DNA of 64,000 nt from Eledone cirrhosa (lineage: Eukaryota), in the NCBI GenBank assembly GCA_964016885.1, contig OZ024748.1, positions 49,972,001 to 50,036,000 of the forward strand. Direction: 5' to 3'. Of the stretch, positions 1 through 15,425 are shown piece by piece; position 1 is the first letter of the stretch, and every line of letters starts with the position of its first letter. The position numbers and the translations under genes are program-made. The notes under the pieces are model-generated. The model saw nothing but the letters and a program-made list of their open reading frames with translations. It made no database searches and was not told the DNA's origin.

Positions 1-326
1 GGTTACATGTGTGGTGGGGTGTGGTATTGGATGGCCAGTAGTGATGTATATCGCAGTCGTTATTATGCCTGTCTTCATAGTCATTGACGTAGGAGAGTGA
101 TGGGTGCTGTGGTGGAGTAAGGGGGGGGGGCTGTGGTGGAGTAGAGGGGGGGGGGGTGATGGCTGCTGTGGTGGTGGCGTAGTCCCGATCATAGTGGTGG
201 AATGTCTGAAGGGTGATGATGCTTGTTGGTGTTAAAGGTGTCAGGGCTAATTTCAAGTAATTTTGGTCTGCATTTATATCTGGACATCTCAAATGCTTTG
301 CAGTATTATCAGTATATATGTATATG

Positions 327-405
<79 letters not shown>

Positions 406-504
406 TTAATGTGTGCGTCTGTGCGGTGTGTGTGTATGTGCGTATGTGTCTGTATATGTGCACATATATGTATGTATATGTAACCCTATATATTATGTAT
501 ATGA

Positions 505-643
<139 letters not shown>

Positions 644-1097
644 GATGTATATGTATATGCATATATATATAAATGTTTGTAGCTTTCTATATATTTGTAA
701 ATGTGTGTATGTATATATATATACGTGTGTGCGTTTGTTGTATGTATATCATAAACGAACACGCAGTAAGTTTCGGCGAACAAACGGTAATACTGACTCA
801 TATCATAGAACATTAGTGCGCTCAAATCTGAGTTATTTTTCCGGAAAACTAACTCCTAAATTTATGACTTTCTATGGAAACGTCGAATTATCCCCGGCTA
901 CACAGTGTAGCGTAATTACGAGAAGTTACTGGAATATTCCTTCTACCTCTATCATTGTAACCCCCCCCCACACTCTTCTTCCTACACTCTACCTACCTCC
1001 CTCTACACCCCATTCTCCCTTTTAACATGCTTTCTTACGCCACTCCATACACACACACACACATATATATGTATATATACATATATACACATACATA

Positions 1098-1134
<37 letters not shown>

Positions 1135-1408
1135 GCATATGCATACATATATACTCAAATATGTATTGTATACGCAAATATATATATTTATACGTATATG
1201 TATATATATTCGTGTACATCCATATATATTTACGTGTATATAAATAAATACATACATACTCATATATGCACAAATTGTTGTATATTTTTATATATTTATG
1301 CATAAATGTTTATATATATATATATATATATATATACATACATGTATGTATGTGTGTATATATATACATATATGTATATATTACATAAGTATATACATAC
1401 ATATATAC

Positions 1409-1445
<37 letters not shown>

Positions 1446-2042
1446 GTTGAATGCGTGGTGTAAACCCATTCGACCTTTCTTTCTCTCTAGCCTCCTTTCT
1501 CGTACATCTGTCAATTCCACAGTATTTAGTAGTTCTTCTCAGCGAGCTGAACAATTACGATAAGGCCTCTTACCTCCACTAACTGGTCTCTCTTTCTCAT
1601 GCCCTTTTACACAATTTCTGCTACATCAATTCCAAGAATTCAACGAAGAAAATTTTCTTTTCCCAATGTCCAATGATCCCAGCATGCATTCAGGCGTCTT
1701 AGAATTTATGGCGGATTGATATTTTCCAATTTTTAACTTACGTTATGTTTATGTCACTTGACTTGGACAAAACGAAAGAATTTGGCGCCAGTCGATAATT
1801 GGTCAGGAACTTATAATATTGACTTTTGGACTTAGGAAAGTGACTTTGGTCAGCAATAAAATAACGTTGCTTCTCTTCTGTAATATCTTTCCCTACCGAA
1901 AGGAAAGCTAAACTTCAAAGACAAGCAGAAATTTCTCCATAAAATTTCATTAGCAAATGAATTTATGCGCCCCCCCCCCCCCCTCCACTGATCGCCAATA
2001 AACGGAAATGGGGAAAGGAAAAAAAAGTATTGTAGTTATGAT

Positions 2043-2870
2043 AATTGTTTCTACTTTAGGCACAAGGCCAGCAATTATCCAGTACATTACTGGTACTTTA
2101 TTTTATCGATCCCGTAAGGATGAAAGGCAAAGTCAACATCGCCGGGATTTGAACTCAGATCGTAAAGGGACGTAACTATGCTGGAAAGCATGGCGTCCGA
2201 CCCTCTACTGATACTGCCAATCCACCTGTGATAATGGTTTCTTATATAGGCACAAGGCCAGCAATTTTGGGGGAGGGGTAATTCGATTAAATCGACCCCA
2301 GTGCGTGACTGGTGCTTTATATTACCGGCCCTGTAAGGATGAAAGGCGAAGCTAACTTCGGTGATATTTGAGATCAAAGCTTAAGGGGCCGTAACTATAT
2401 GCCCTAAATCATGTTGTTCGATGCTCTACCGATACTGCCAATCCACCGCCCAAATAAATATAATAATGGTTTCTAATTTAGGCACAAGGCCAACAATTTT
2501 GGGGTGGAGGGGAAAGTCGATTAAATCAACCCCAGTGCGTTACTGGTACTTCATATTATCGATGCTGTGAGGGTGACAGGTTAAGCTGACCTCGGCGGGA
2601 TTTGAACTGACAACGTGAAGGAACGTAACTATATGCCGTAAAGCAGGTTTTCCGACGCGCTACTGATACTGATTCACCGCCCTAAAACTACTACTACTGA
2701 TAATAATAACAATCATTTCTACTATAGGCACAAGTCCAGCAATTTGGGGAGAGGGCAAAGTTTATTAAAATGAGTCCAGTACATTGTTGATGCTATATTT
2801 CATCAACCCCATAAGGATGGGATTTGAACTCTGAACGTAAAGGACCGAAACGGATACTGAAATGCCAGTT
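2043..2870 (-). mobile_element. Cluster of four head-to-tail SINE family 1 copies
   Basis: Copies at about 2043-2228, 2232-2450, 2463-2682 and 2712-2870, each with reverse-complement tail tttctac..ggcacaaggcc and B box gatttgaactc (degenerate in the second copy). Confidence 0.85.
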
Positions 2871-2965
2871 TCTTCCGATTCTCTCAATAAAATCAACAAT
2901 TTCTTATTTCCAGGAAGGGAATGTCGAATATCTCCAACCCATTATTTGACTTATACATACATATA

Positions 2966-3083
2966 TGAGTTCAAATCCCGCCGAGGTTGACTTTGCCTTT
3001 CATCCTTACGGGGTCGATAAAATAAAGTACCAGTAATGCACTGAGTAATTGCTGGCCTTGTGCCTAAAGTAGAAACAATTATT
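2966..3083 (+). mobile_element. 5'-truncated SINE family 1 copy with ~23 bp target-site duplication
   Basis: ATTATTTGACTTATACATACATA occurs at 2941-2963 and again at 3078-3100, flanking the insert. Confidence 0.85.
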
Positions 3084-3319
3084 TGACTTATACATACATA
3101 CATATATATATATATATATTAACCTGATTAGTTCTTTCGTTACTGTGGTATTGTATGGTTGGGTTTTGCCTACCGCAATTTTCAATTTGTCAAGCTATTT
3201 AAACGTATGTTATTACTCTAAGTACCTACCCTTATTGAGTGCTTTGCTACTCATTCCTTATTGTAGGTCGACTTTGTTTGGCCACAGCCAAAGCTTCGAT
3301 TTTACTAAGCTTCTACTTG

Positions 3320-3353
<34 letters not shown>

Positions 3354-4355
3354 GTAATAATAATAAATGTAAAGAATAAAATCTGACAAGGGACTTTTGT
3401 TATGCATAACCTCAGATTGACCAAAACCTTAGGAATCCAATTTGGTAGACGTAACCTGCAAAACATTATCACATATATATGATAATTAATATAATATTCA
3501 GCTTTCTGAAAATTTATATACACTCTGCGCTTCAAACCTCTTCAATTAATGTTCATATATATTCATATTTAATAGAATATTTATATGTTATAGAATTCCA
3601 GTAATAATCAGGAGCTGATTATATAGAGCTATTGCCGGTCCAGCAAAAATTAGGTATTAGGATTGCTGCTCTGAAATAGCAATGTATACATGAATGTATG
3701 TATAGTATATTTAGCATTATACCATATGTTTAATTTAAAACATTTAGAAGACCATACGCTATCAATTTTAAAGTAGTGACTAGGTCACTTACTTTCGGCA
3801 AAATTTCACATACGATACAACTATAAATATATACATCGCAAACATTAAGCCTTTACTTTACAAACAACATAAACATTTCAACATTTTTGAATACTAACTT
3901 ATTTTACTTATATTATTCGCATTACATAACATTTATATATCATATCATTACATATTTATTTTTACCATAATGCATGCCATTTTTAACATTCTGTATGTAA
4001 TAATCTTGATATATTCATTTTCTCCATTACCTCACGCATGCTTTTATTAATATTCTGTATATTTTGATTCGTATACCCATATAACACCTTTCAATGCTAT
4101 GATATCTTTTTACTGTAATATGTATTTTCTTGATATCTTTTTGCACCTGTATTACCTTTATGAATAACTTTCTCTATAATATGGTTATTAATAACCTCTT
4201 TACAACAGCTCCTAATATTTTGCTATATGTTTACTATAATATTATTTTGTCACTCTTGATTTTCAATATGATGTCACTGACACTGTTCACAATATTGTAT
4301 CTTAATAAATGTTCTAAAGACTAGGAATGTAATTATTTGTTTTAACATTGTGTAA

Positions 4356-4400
4356 GCTCCGATGAATCCAGACAGTTATCTGGAAGAAACGATCGTCAGC
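4356..4400 (+). ncRNA. Hammerhead-like motif (U4C core)
   Basis: gct CCGATGA a tccaga cagtta tctgga a GAAA cgatcg TC agc. Confidence 0.65.
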
Positions 4401-4428
4401 AATTAAATGTATTAAACAAAATTTTGAT

Positions 4429-4489
<61 letters not shown>

Positions 4490-4754
4490 AAAATGAGTTT
4501 TTTTTAATAAAAAAAACGCGATGCCCTAAACGACTTAAAGTAGAATTGAGATGGAGGGTTTGTGGTTTAACCTCAAACACCCCATCTCAATTCTACCTTT
4601 GAAAAGCATAAGAACTGTGAAACCGGTAAAGGAAACAAATAAATATTCTTAAAAAGACTCCAGTTGCATTTTCGATTTCTTTTCCTTATACTTTCACTCG
4701 TGTAGGACATCTCGTTTTTTTTTATTTAAAAAAAAATCGTTTTCTTATTTATAT

Positions 4755-4787
<33 letters not shown>

Positions 4788-5084
4788 AATATAAATTAGC
4801 GAGAATCGTTTTCAGCTCAGGAATTAACGAAAATCAACGTCCGATATGTGTGGCAAGCGCTCAATGAATCATATGAATCAGAGCTACAACATACGTTAAG
4901 GGCCAAACACACTGAGATGATGGTTAAACATATCATCATATATATATATATATATAATACAATTCTACTAATATAGTCTATATATATATATATACAATTC
5001 TACTAATTACGCTTCAGCTTTCTTATTCAACCACACCTAACGTAACAGACAATATAGCATTTAATAACTAGAGGAAAAAAAATG

Positions 5085-5194
<110 letters not shown>

Positions 5195-5322
5195 TCTAAT
5201 ACCGATAAAAGCAATATAACATTTTTAACTCCTATAGCTAAGAGAGACGATATAGTTAACCAAAATAAGCACAGTTTCTAATAACATCAAGCAAGTATTT
5301 AGTGATATTCACATTGATCCTT

Positions 5323-5590
5323 TATGGAGGCGGGGAGACAAGCGTGTTGGATTTACCATCTTAATGTCGTGCGTTCGATTCCTGGACTGTGTGTTGTGAT
5401 CTTGAGAAAAGCACATAATTTCACGTTGCTCGAGTAAACACATCTGAAAATGAGTACCAGCAATAGCTGGGGTCTTAAAGCTACGATGGACTAGCGTCAA
5501 GTCCAGGGTAATTCTTGTTCCTTAACAACACAGAAACAAGGATAAGCCCCGGCCTCATGAGCCTCCGGGCTGGAGACAGACTTTAGACTT
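5323..5590 (+). mobile_element. Degenerate CORE-like SINE
   Basis: GTTCGATTCCTGGAC..TGTGATCTTGAGAAAAGCAC..TTTCACGTTGCTC resembles the family 2 head and core. Confidence 0.55.
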
Positions 5591-5927
5591 TCTGAGATAT
5601 TGTTCCTCTCACTCGAATTGTTGCAAATTGTGCATCAAAATTCATGACATACATAACATTAATGCCATGTTTTCTAACCGGCAATTTCATACCTCACAAC
5701 CTATTATTTCAAAGCAAAAATAATGGTTAGTTTGTAAATATACGATCGGGGTTTTATTCTCAACTTATAGCCAATGGATGATGTTCAAAATAATTTTACT
5801 CTACATACTTTTGATATAGCAATGTATATCTTCTGGGTATCGTTCAGCAATGTTACAGCTTGCAATAGACTATATTAACTATTGAGTACTTTGTTTTCTC
5901 CCAATTTTCACTCTCTCACACAAACAC

Positions 5928-6000
<73 letters not shown>

Positions 6001-6002
6001 CG

Positions 6003-6052
<50 letters not shown>

Positions 6053-6639
6053 AGAGTGAAATATATATATACATATATACATGTGTGTGTGTGTGTGTGT
6101 GTAAACATACATATATATATAGATGTGTATATAATTATATATGTATACATATATATATATATAGAGAGAGAGAGGGAGAGAGAGAGAGAGGGGGAGAGAG
6201 AATGAGAGAGGGAGGAGAGAGAGTGAGAGATACATATATGTATGTGATGTGTATAATTTTTGTATGCGCTGTGGAATCGAGCAATCAAAATGGTGGACAT
6301 CTTAGACAGATAGATATCTGGTTTGGATAGATAAATAGGTGGCCTTCATTTGTGGAGCGCACATTATTCTGCTCATGTGATTAGATACTATTCAAGTACT
6401 TAATTAGAAGTTTAAATGGACGTAATCACACCATTATCTAAGGCGACGTAACGGTAGATCTATACTACCACCTTATTCACTGGCACCGTTCATTCCAAGA
6501 ACTATTCCAAAAACTACAAATGCTAAAAGCAAACAATAGAGAGAGGAAGCAATGAAAAAAGAATCATTTAATATAGCCGATAGTATATAGCTGTTACATT
6601 TGTCTACTTCTATGTACCTTACCCTACTCCTCGTTCTCC

Positions 6640-6690
<51 letters not shown>

Positions 6691-7607
6691 CACACACAAA
6701 CATATATATATATATCTGTGTGTGTGTGAGTGTGTATGGTTTATATTAGGTTGTTTACCAATGGTAGAATTGATGGTTCGGGCTGGTAAACGATGATGCA
6801 ACAAATTAATTAAAGCACTCAACGTTATGCAAATGGATATATTACGTTTATATCTGTAAGTCTGATTGCTTGTAAGCACTTAAAATTGTCTAAATATATG
6901 TGTCTATAGTATGCTCGTGTGATTTGTAGTCATGTGTGTTTTCAAAATCTATTCGGGAATTCAGTGAAAAGACAACAAAAAGTCCCCTACAAAAGCCCAC
7001 TACAAAAATTAAACAAGTAAAAAAGAAAAAAAATAGTCCCTTTCTCTCTTTATAAACCCATACTTTTATTTTTTTCTTTCTTTTCTTTCTTTATTTATTA
7101 CCTGCATCAAGAAATTTAGATTTCAAGTTAGGGATGAATAGCTGCTTTGGTTCCAATACCTGCAACATAAACAATTATCGAATTCATCAATATCACTATT
7201 ATCATCATTACCATTAATAGCAGAAAAAACACCCTTCGGTTGGTTTTCTGCTAGCATGTGTAATGTGCATATTGATATTATACGCAAGTATATATGCATG
7301 TAGATATGAATCATCAAATAAAATTGTAATTGACAATATACACAGAAATTGAACGAAGACTGCGTTACACTCTCTTATGTAATCAGTAACGTAATCCATG
7401 ATACATTAACAAAAGACGATATTATATATAAACTGCATTAGGAGAAAATTAGTGACGGAAATATATGAATGTTATTTAAGCGATCGCTAACCGGAAGTGT
7501 TGACATTTGAAAATTTTAAAGAAGTGAATCTTAAAATAAGCAACAATATTATTTATATTTAATGAAGAATAACGAAATTTAGTAGATAAATTATGTAATA
7601 TTCATTC

Positions 7608-8375
7608 GCTGGGGTTAACTTTGCCTTTCATCCTTACGGGGTCGATAAAATAAAGTACCAGTAATGTACTGGGTATTTGCTGGCCTTGTGCCTAAAGTAG
7701 AAACAATTATTTATTCGAAGTAATACAACTTATTTTACAAACGTCATAAAAAAATATATTCTGGACGCAGTCCCGCACTCCTTACTTTATTATAGTTTAG
7801 ATTATCACCCGTGTTGATAAATTATGTTGATCGTTAGGATTGGCAGAATCGGTAGAGTGTCGGACCCCACACTTTGTGGCATAGAGTTACGGTCCTTTAC
7901 ATTCTGAGTTCAAATCCCGTCGAGTTTAGCCTTGCCTTTCATCATTCCGTTGTCGATAAAATAAAGTACCAGTAATGAACTGTGGTCAATTTAATCGACT
8001 TTCCCCAACCATAAAATTGTTGACCTTTTGCCGATAGTAGAAATTATTATTAGAGGCAATCCCGCCAAGGTTAGCTTTGCCTTTCATCCTTAAGGGTTCG
8101 GTAAAATAAAGCACCAGTAATGCACTGGGGTCGATTTAATCGAAATATATTGCTGGCCATAGTAGAAATAATTATTATTAGAGGTCTGTGGATTGGCAGT
8201 ATCGGAAGAGGGTCGGACGCCATGCTTTGCAGCAAAGAGTTACGACCCTTTATGGTCTGAATTCAAATCCCACCGAGGTTAACTTTGCCTTTCATCATTA
8301 CGGGGTCGATAAAATAAAGTACCAGTAATGTACTGGGTAATTGCTGGCCTTGTACCAAAAGTAGAACAAATTATT
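7608..8375 (+). mobile_element. Cluster of four SINE family 1 copies
   Basis: Copies at about 7608-7712, 7838-8052, 8058-8180 and 8183-8375. The last three are head-to-tail, joined through ATTATTAGAGG. Confidence 0.85.
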
Positions 8376-9649
8376 ATCTTCATATACAGATGCATACACA
8401 CACCCACCCACACACACCCACATACAAACACGTGTCTTTTGGACACACACGTGTCTTTTGCACACACACATGACCTCATATAGGTAAGTACATGAAATCA
8501 CGCTTCATTTTGTACCAATACACATTAACCTAAACATATTGTACTCCACCGCGCATACATACATATATACATACATACATACATATATACATACATGCAT
8601 TCATACATACATACATACTTACATACTTACATACATACACACACACATACATATATACATGCATACACATAAATACATACATACATACAAACACACATAA
8701 TACATATATACATAAACACGCACACACAAAAAATACATACATACAAACACACATACATACATACATATATACATACATACATACAGATACACATACATAC
8801 TTGCATACATACATACATGCATACATACATATACACATATATACATATCTGCATACATACATATATATGCATACATACCTATGTGCAGAAGCTTTTACGT
8901 GAAAGCTCAGCGCATATACAATTATACATACATGCGCTAATGCATGGCACAATATACTGGTCAGGAATGTCCTATACAAATGACTGGACCTGTAATCTAG
9001 CAAATCGATGACCTAAACCATGGACGAAAATGTCAAAGGTTGACCTCCGAATGTCATCAGAATTGATAAATTTAGTTATCCTTCCTGCTCTCTCCCCCAA
9101 TACACAATCTATTGAACGTGGAAGCTAATGAAATGATGGATATGACAAATATATACCATTTCTTCTTCAGATATATGGACAAAACCTTATGTGTGCACAC
9201 ATGACATGTTTCTTATACGTGCAGATATTGTATTGGTGCTTTTAGTGATGTTGATGCTGCTGTTTTTTGGTGGGGAGCTATCTAGTGATGATTGTGTTGG
9301 TATTGTTTCTGTTGTTATTGCTCTTTTGTTTTTGTTGTTGTTGTTGGTATTGTTTTTGCTGTTTAGACCTAAGTCCGATATTATTGAGCAAATCTATCAT
9401 GAAACACATTCTAAACCTTACCATTATGATTTTTGTTTGCAAGCATGTCCATTTAAAAAAAAATATTCTGAGGAGCGAAATGAAGGACATTTAGCTGCTG
9501 TTATTTGTCGATAGTCTGGTATAAGGGTTATTGTTTAGCAGAATATTTAGACATTATTTCCTGTAGTTTTACCTAAATTATTATCTCTATCGAAACAATA
9601 CAATGAGGGGAGAACTATCTGGTCACTTGACATTTTAGACATAGAATCT

Positions 9650-11510
9650 GGATGGTGGTGATCTGGGTGTTAGTGTTGATGCTGATGGTATTGATGATGT
9701 TGGTGGTGCTGATGGTGGTGTTGGTGTTGGTGTTGATTGTGTTGTTAGTGTTGGTGTTGATGGTGTTGATAGTGTTGATGTTGGTGCTGGTGGTGATGGT
9801 GTTGTTAGTGTTAGTGTTAGTGTTAGTGTTAGTGTTGGTGTTGATGGTGTTGATAGTGTTGATGTTGGTGCTGGTGATGATGGTGTTGTTGGTGTTAGTG
9901 TTAGTGTTAGTGTTAGTGTTGATGGTGTTGTTAGTGTTAGTGTTGGTGTTGATGGTGTTGATAGTGTTGATGTTGGTGCTGGTGGTGATGGTGTTGTTAG
10001 TGTTAGTGTTAGTGTTAGTATTAGTGTTGGTGTTGATGGTGTTGATAGTGTTGATGTTGGTGCTGGTGATGATGGTGTTGTTGGTGTTAGTGTTAGTGTT
10101 AGTGTTGATGGTGTTGTTAGTGTTAGTGTTGGTGTTGATGGTGTTGATAGTGTTGATGTTGGTGCTGGTGGTGATGGTGTTGTTAGTGTTAGTGTTAGTG
10201 TTGATGGTGTTGTTAGTGTTAGTGTTGATGTCGGCGCTGGTGATGATGGTGTTGTTAGTGTTGGTGATGATGTTGTTGATGGTGTTGTTAGTGTTGGTGA
10301 TGGTGTTAGTGTTGATGGTGTTGTTAGTGTTGGTGATGATGTTGTTGATGGTGTTGTTAGTGTTAGTGTTAGTGCTGGTGTTGGTATTGATGTAGCTGTT
10401 AGTGTTAGTGTTGGTGTTGTTGATATTGTTAGTGTTATTGCTGGTGTTGATGTTGCTGTTAGTGTTGGTGTTGTTGTTAGTGTTAGTGTTAGTGCTGGTG
10501 TTGGTGTTGATGTTGCTGTTAGTATTGGTGTTGTTGATATTGTTAGTGTTAGTGCTGGTGTTGGTGTTGATGTTGCTGTTAGTGTTGGTGTTGTTGTTGT
10601 TGTTAGTGTTAGTGTTAGTGCTGGTGTTGGTGTTGATGTTGCTGTTAGTGTTGGTGTTGTTGATATTGTTAGTGTTAGTGCTGGTGTTGGTGTTGATGTT
10701 GCTGTTAGTGTTGGTGTTGGTGTTGTTGTTAGTGTTAGTGTTAGTGCTGGTGTTGGTGTTGATGTTGCTGTTAGTGTTGGTGTTGTTGATATTGTTAGTG
10801 TTAGTGCTGGTGTTGGTGTTGATGTTGCTGTTAGTGTTGGTGTTGGTGTTGTTGTTAGTGTTAGTGCTGGTGTTGGTGTTGATGTTGCTGTTAGTGTTGG
10901 TGTTGTTGATATTGTTAGTGTTAGTGCTGGTGTTGGTGTTGATGTTGCTGTTAGTGTTGGTGTTGGTGTTGTTGTTAGTGTTGGTGTTGGTGTTGTTGAT
11001 ATTGTTAGTGTTAGTGTTGGTGTTGATGTTGCTGTTAGTGTTGGTGTTGGTGCTGGTGATATTGTTAGTGTTGGTATTGCTGGTGATTCTGTTGATGTAG
11101 GTGGTGTTGGTGTTGATGTAGTTAGATTTGGTGGGGATGGTGTTGTTGGTGTTGGTATTGGTGGTGAGAGTGTTCGGGTTGGTGTTGTTAGCTTCGTTAT
11201 TGATGTTGATGGTGTTAGTGTTGTTGGTGTTGATGATGTTAGCGTTCGTGTTAGTATTGATATTGTTAGTGTTAATGGTATTGGTGTTGATGGTGTTGGT
11301 GTTGATATTGTTAGTGTTGGTGGTATTTGTGTTGATGGTGTTGGTGTTGATATTGTTAGTGTTAATGGTGTTGGTGTTGATGGTGTTGGTGTTGATATTG
11401 TTAGTGTTAATGGTGTTGGTGTTGATGGTGTTGGTGTTGATATTGTTAGTGTTGGTGGTGTTGGTATTGATGGTGTTGATGTTGACGTTATTGGTGTTGA
11501 TATCAGTGGT
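9650..11510. repeat. Compound triplet-phased satellite (GTT/GGT/AGT/GAT) with higher-order repeats
   Basis: Continuous triplet register. Higher-order blocks of about 84+108 bp (9761-10200) and about 60-66 bp (10400-11050). Produces the 641-aa N/T/I ORF on the minus strand. Confidence 0.9.
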
Positions 11511-11737
11511 GTAGACCAAGTAAAATTTCATTTCATCCAAACTATTCCATCTGTAATAATTGTGTCTCCGTTTATCAGAAATGCCACATCTAGGAGCAAT
11601 TCAAATGAAGCTTTTCTCTTTTTTTTAAAAATACAATAATCTTTATTTTGAGGCTAACTCAGCCATTATATCATGCAGGTTGATCGGTAATATGGACAGC
11701 TCTTGTTAATAATGGATCAACTGCAATTATGTTAGAA

Positions 11738-11915
11738 TAATTGTTTCTACTTTAGGCACAAGGCCAGCAATTACTCAGTGCATTACTGGTACTTTATTTT
11801 ATCGACCCCGTAAGGATGAAACGCAAAGTTAACATCGGCGGGATTTGAACTCAGATCGTAAAGGGACGTAACTATGCTGGAAAGCATGGGGTCCGACCCT
11901 ATACCGATACTGCCG
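11738..11915 (-). mobile_element. SINE family 1 copy
   Basis: Near identical to 2043-2220. Confidence 0.85.
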
Positions 11916-12345
11916 TGAGACACAATATCCTGATTAGATTTAATTTGATAAGCAGATTTTATAATCCATCCATTGTGAATCTAATGGCTGATATTTAGTG
12001 GATTGTTTCCCTTGTTAACTTCTGTAGCCATCTAATATCCGTCTTAATTAGACTAACACACCGATAAGATTAGAATACCGGCCTGCTCTTTACAGTTAGG
12101 TTGAGGAGTAACTTTCCAATCGTGCAGTGGGATTATGCTTTCTTTGTTTAATGTAGGCGCAACTATATTTATGTATTCATATATGAAATCACATTCATAT
12201 GCAAACACGTGAACACATACACACGTATATATACATGTACATACACACACACACACACACACACAATCACACATACATAATCAAACGTACACACACAGTT
12301 ATATGGATATGGATATATAAATATATATATACACATATATACGTA

Positions 12346-12395
<50 letters not shown>

Positions 12396-12479
12396 TGTAT
12401 GCGTGCGTGTCTCCACTTGTAGAAAGAGGAATGCAAATGTATAAATCTATTATGTCTATCCATATACACACACACACAC

Positions 12480-12554
<75 letters not shown>

Positions 12555-12677
12555 TTATGTGTATGTATTTATATACAATCGTATGCTTATATGTGTAGGC
12601 TAACACATATGCATGCAAAGCATTTAACATGGACGTAAACAATATATATATATATATCTACATATACATGGATATTC

Positions 12678-12749
<72 letters not shown>

Positions 12750-12779
12750 GTGTGTGTGTGTGTGTACACATACACACAA

Positions 12780-12832
<53 letters not shown>

Positions 12833-13408
12833 GATACCCATATATATCTGTTAGTATATGTATACAAAATATATGATTATAAAGAAAAATATACATAAAG
12901 AATAAGGAAAGCACCATCGAAATTGACATCTAAGCAACAAAATATTTAAAAAAAGCAACAACAAACAAATGGCATAAAACCATAATCAGCAGCAGTAGAA
13001 GCAAAAACAAGAACAGCAACAACAACATAAGAAAATCAACTCTGAAGGAACCATACACTCATATACATAACACCATTACCAAACTGAAGAGAAAACAAAA
13101 CTTATAGAAAAACAACACAAAACAAACCAAAATCAATACCAAAATCACGCACACACACACACACAGACACACACACACCATGCATCTAAAACAACAACAA
13201 TAGAAACAACAACATCAACAACAACAACAGAAAAAATGAAATGCCAGCCTAATACCCCCGAAAAATAAATGCCATAGAATAGAATTGAGGTTATAAGAAA
13301 AGGAATTTGGAATTAATGTGCCGTATTTCTTTCCCATGGAAGATGGTTGGAATAATAATAAGAGCATTTTATATTTCGTTCTTTTGAAAGAAAGAAGTAC
13401 ATCAGTAA

Positions 13409-13448
<40 letters not shown>

Positions 13449-13645
13449 ATTATTGTTGTTTTTATTATTATTATTTTTTTTTTAACACATCTCTTTCTTT
13501 TCCTCAGACATCTAAGTTTTCATTTATGAATATTAAACAAAAAAACAGCAACAACAACAAAAAAATACAAATCTGATGCAAAAAAACCCCCCCCAAAAAA
13601 ACAAAACAAAACACGCTAACAATTCTAGAACAAAAAGAATATAGA

Positions 13646-13720
<75 letters not shown>

Positions 13721-13784
13721 TGTATAAAGATAAATATATATATTCATATATATTCATATATTTATATATATATGTGTATATATA

Positions 13785-13872
<88 letters not shown>

Positions 13873-13892
13873 GAAAGGTATATATATATATA

Positions 13893-14010
<118 letters not shown>

Positions 14011-14016
14011 ACACAC

Positions 14017-14049
<33 letters not shown>

Positions 14050-14059
14050 GTATACACAC

Positions 14060-14095
<36 letters not shown>

Positions 14096-14422
14096 CAACT
14101 CTATGCCTGTAAAGAAATTCGTTTTTGCCAACGTGAATATGGAAACCCATATCCACGTTGGGAACCATGTCTAATTGATTTCTCTGTGTTAAATGCTAAT
14201 AAATGCCTCCTTTTTTTCCTCTTCGCTCTTTCCTCTTCCTCACCTAGAATATTTTAAACCTCACCCCCCAGCCACAAACCACCAAACACGTGACCATAGC
14301 AACCACTACCCCCACCACTATTAAGCACAACCATTAACATCAACCACAATATCACCAATACCACAATAATCATTAGCAGTACTATATTCACCAAAAATAA
14401 CATCACTATATCTATAACTGTA

Positions 14423-14474
<52 letters not shown>

Positions 14475-14520
14475 GCTACTACTGCTGCTGCTACTGCTAC
14501 TACTACTGCTGCTGCTACTG

Positions 14521-14573
<53 letters not shown>

Positions 14574-14637
14574 GCTACTACTGCTACTGCTACTACTGCT
14601 ACTACTGCTACTGCTACTACTGCTGCTGCTGCTACTG

Positions 14638-14672
<35 letters not shown>

Positions 14673-14727
14673 GCTACTACTGCTACTGCTACTACTGCTG
14701 CTGCTACTGCTACTACTACTGCTGCTG

Positions 14728-14786
<59 letters not shown>

Positions 14787-14832
14787 GCTACTACTGCTGC
14801 TACTACTGCTGCTGCTGCTACTGCTGCTGCTG

Positions 14833-14885
<53 letters not shown>

Positions 14886-14931
14886 GCTACTACTGCTGCT
14901 ACTACTGCTGCTGCTGCTACTGCTGCTGCTG

Positions 14932-15011
<80 letters not shown>

Positions 15012-15057
15012 GCTACTGCTACTACTGCTGCTGCTACTGCTACTACTACTGCTGCTG

Positions 15058-15119
<62 letters not shown>

Positions 15120-15162
15120 GCTACTGCTGCTGCTGCTACTGCTGCTGCTGCTACTACTACTT

Positions 15163-15260
<98 letters not shown>

Positions 15261-15335
15261 GCTGCTGCTGCTCCTGATACTACTACTGCTGCTGCTGCTA
15301 CTGCTACAACAACAACAACAACAACAACAACAGCA

Positions 15336-15420
<85 letters not shown>
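14423..15420. repeat. (ACT)n/(GCT)n trinucleotide array
   Basis: Direct reading. Confidence 0.95.
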
Positions 15421-15425
<5 letters not shown>

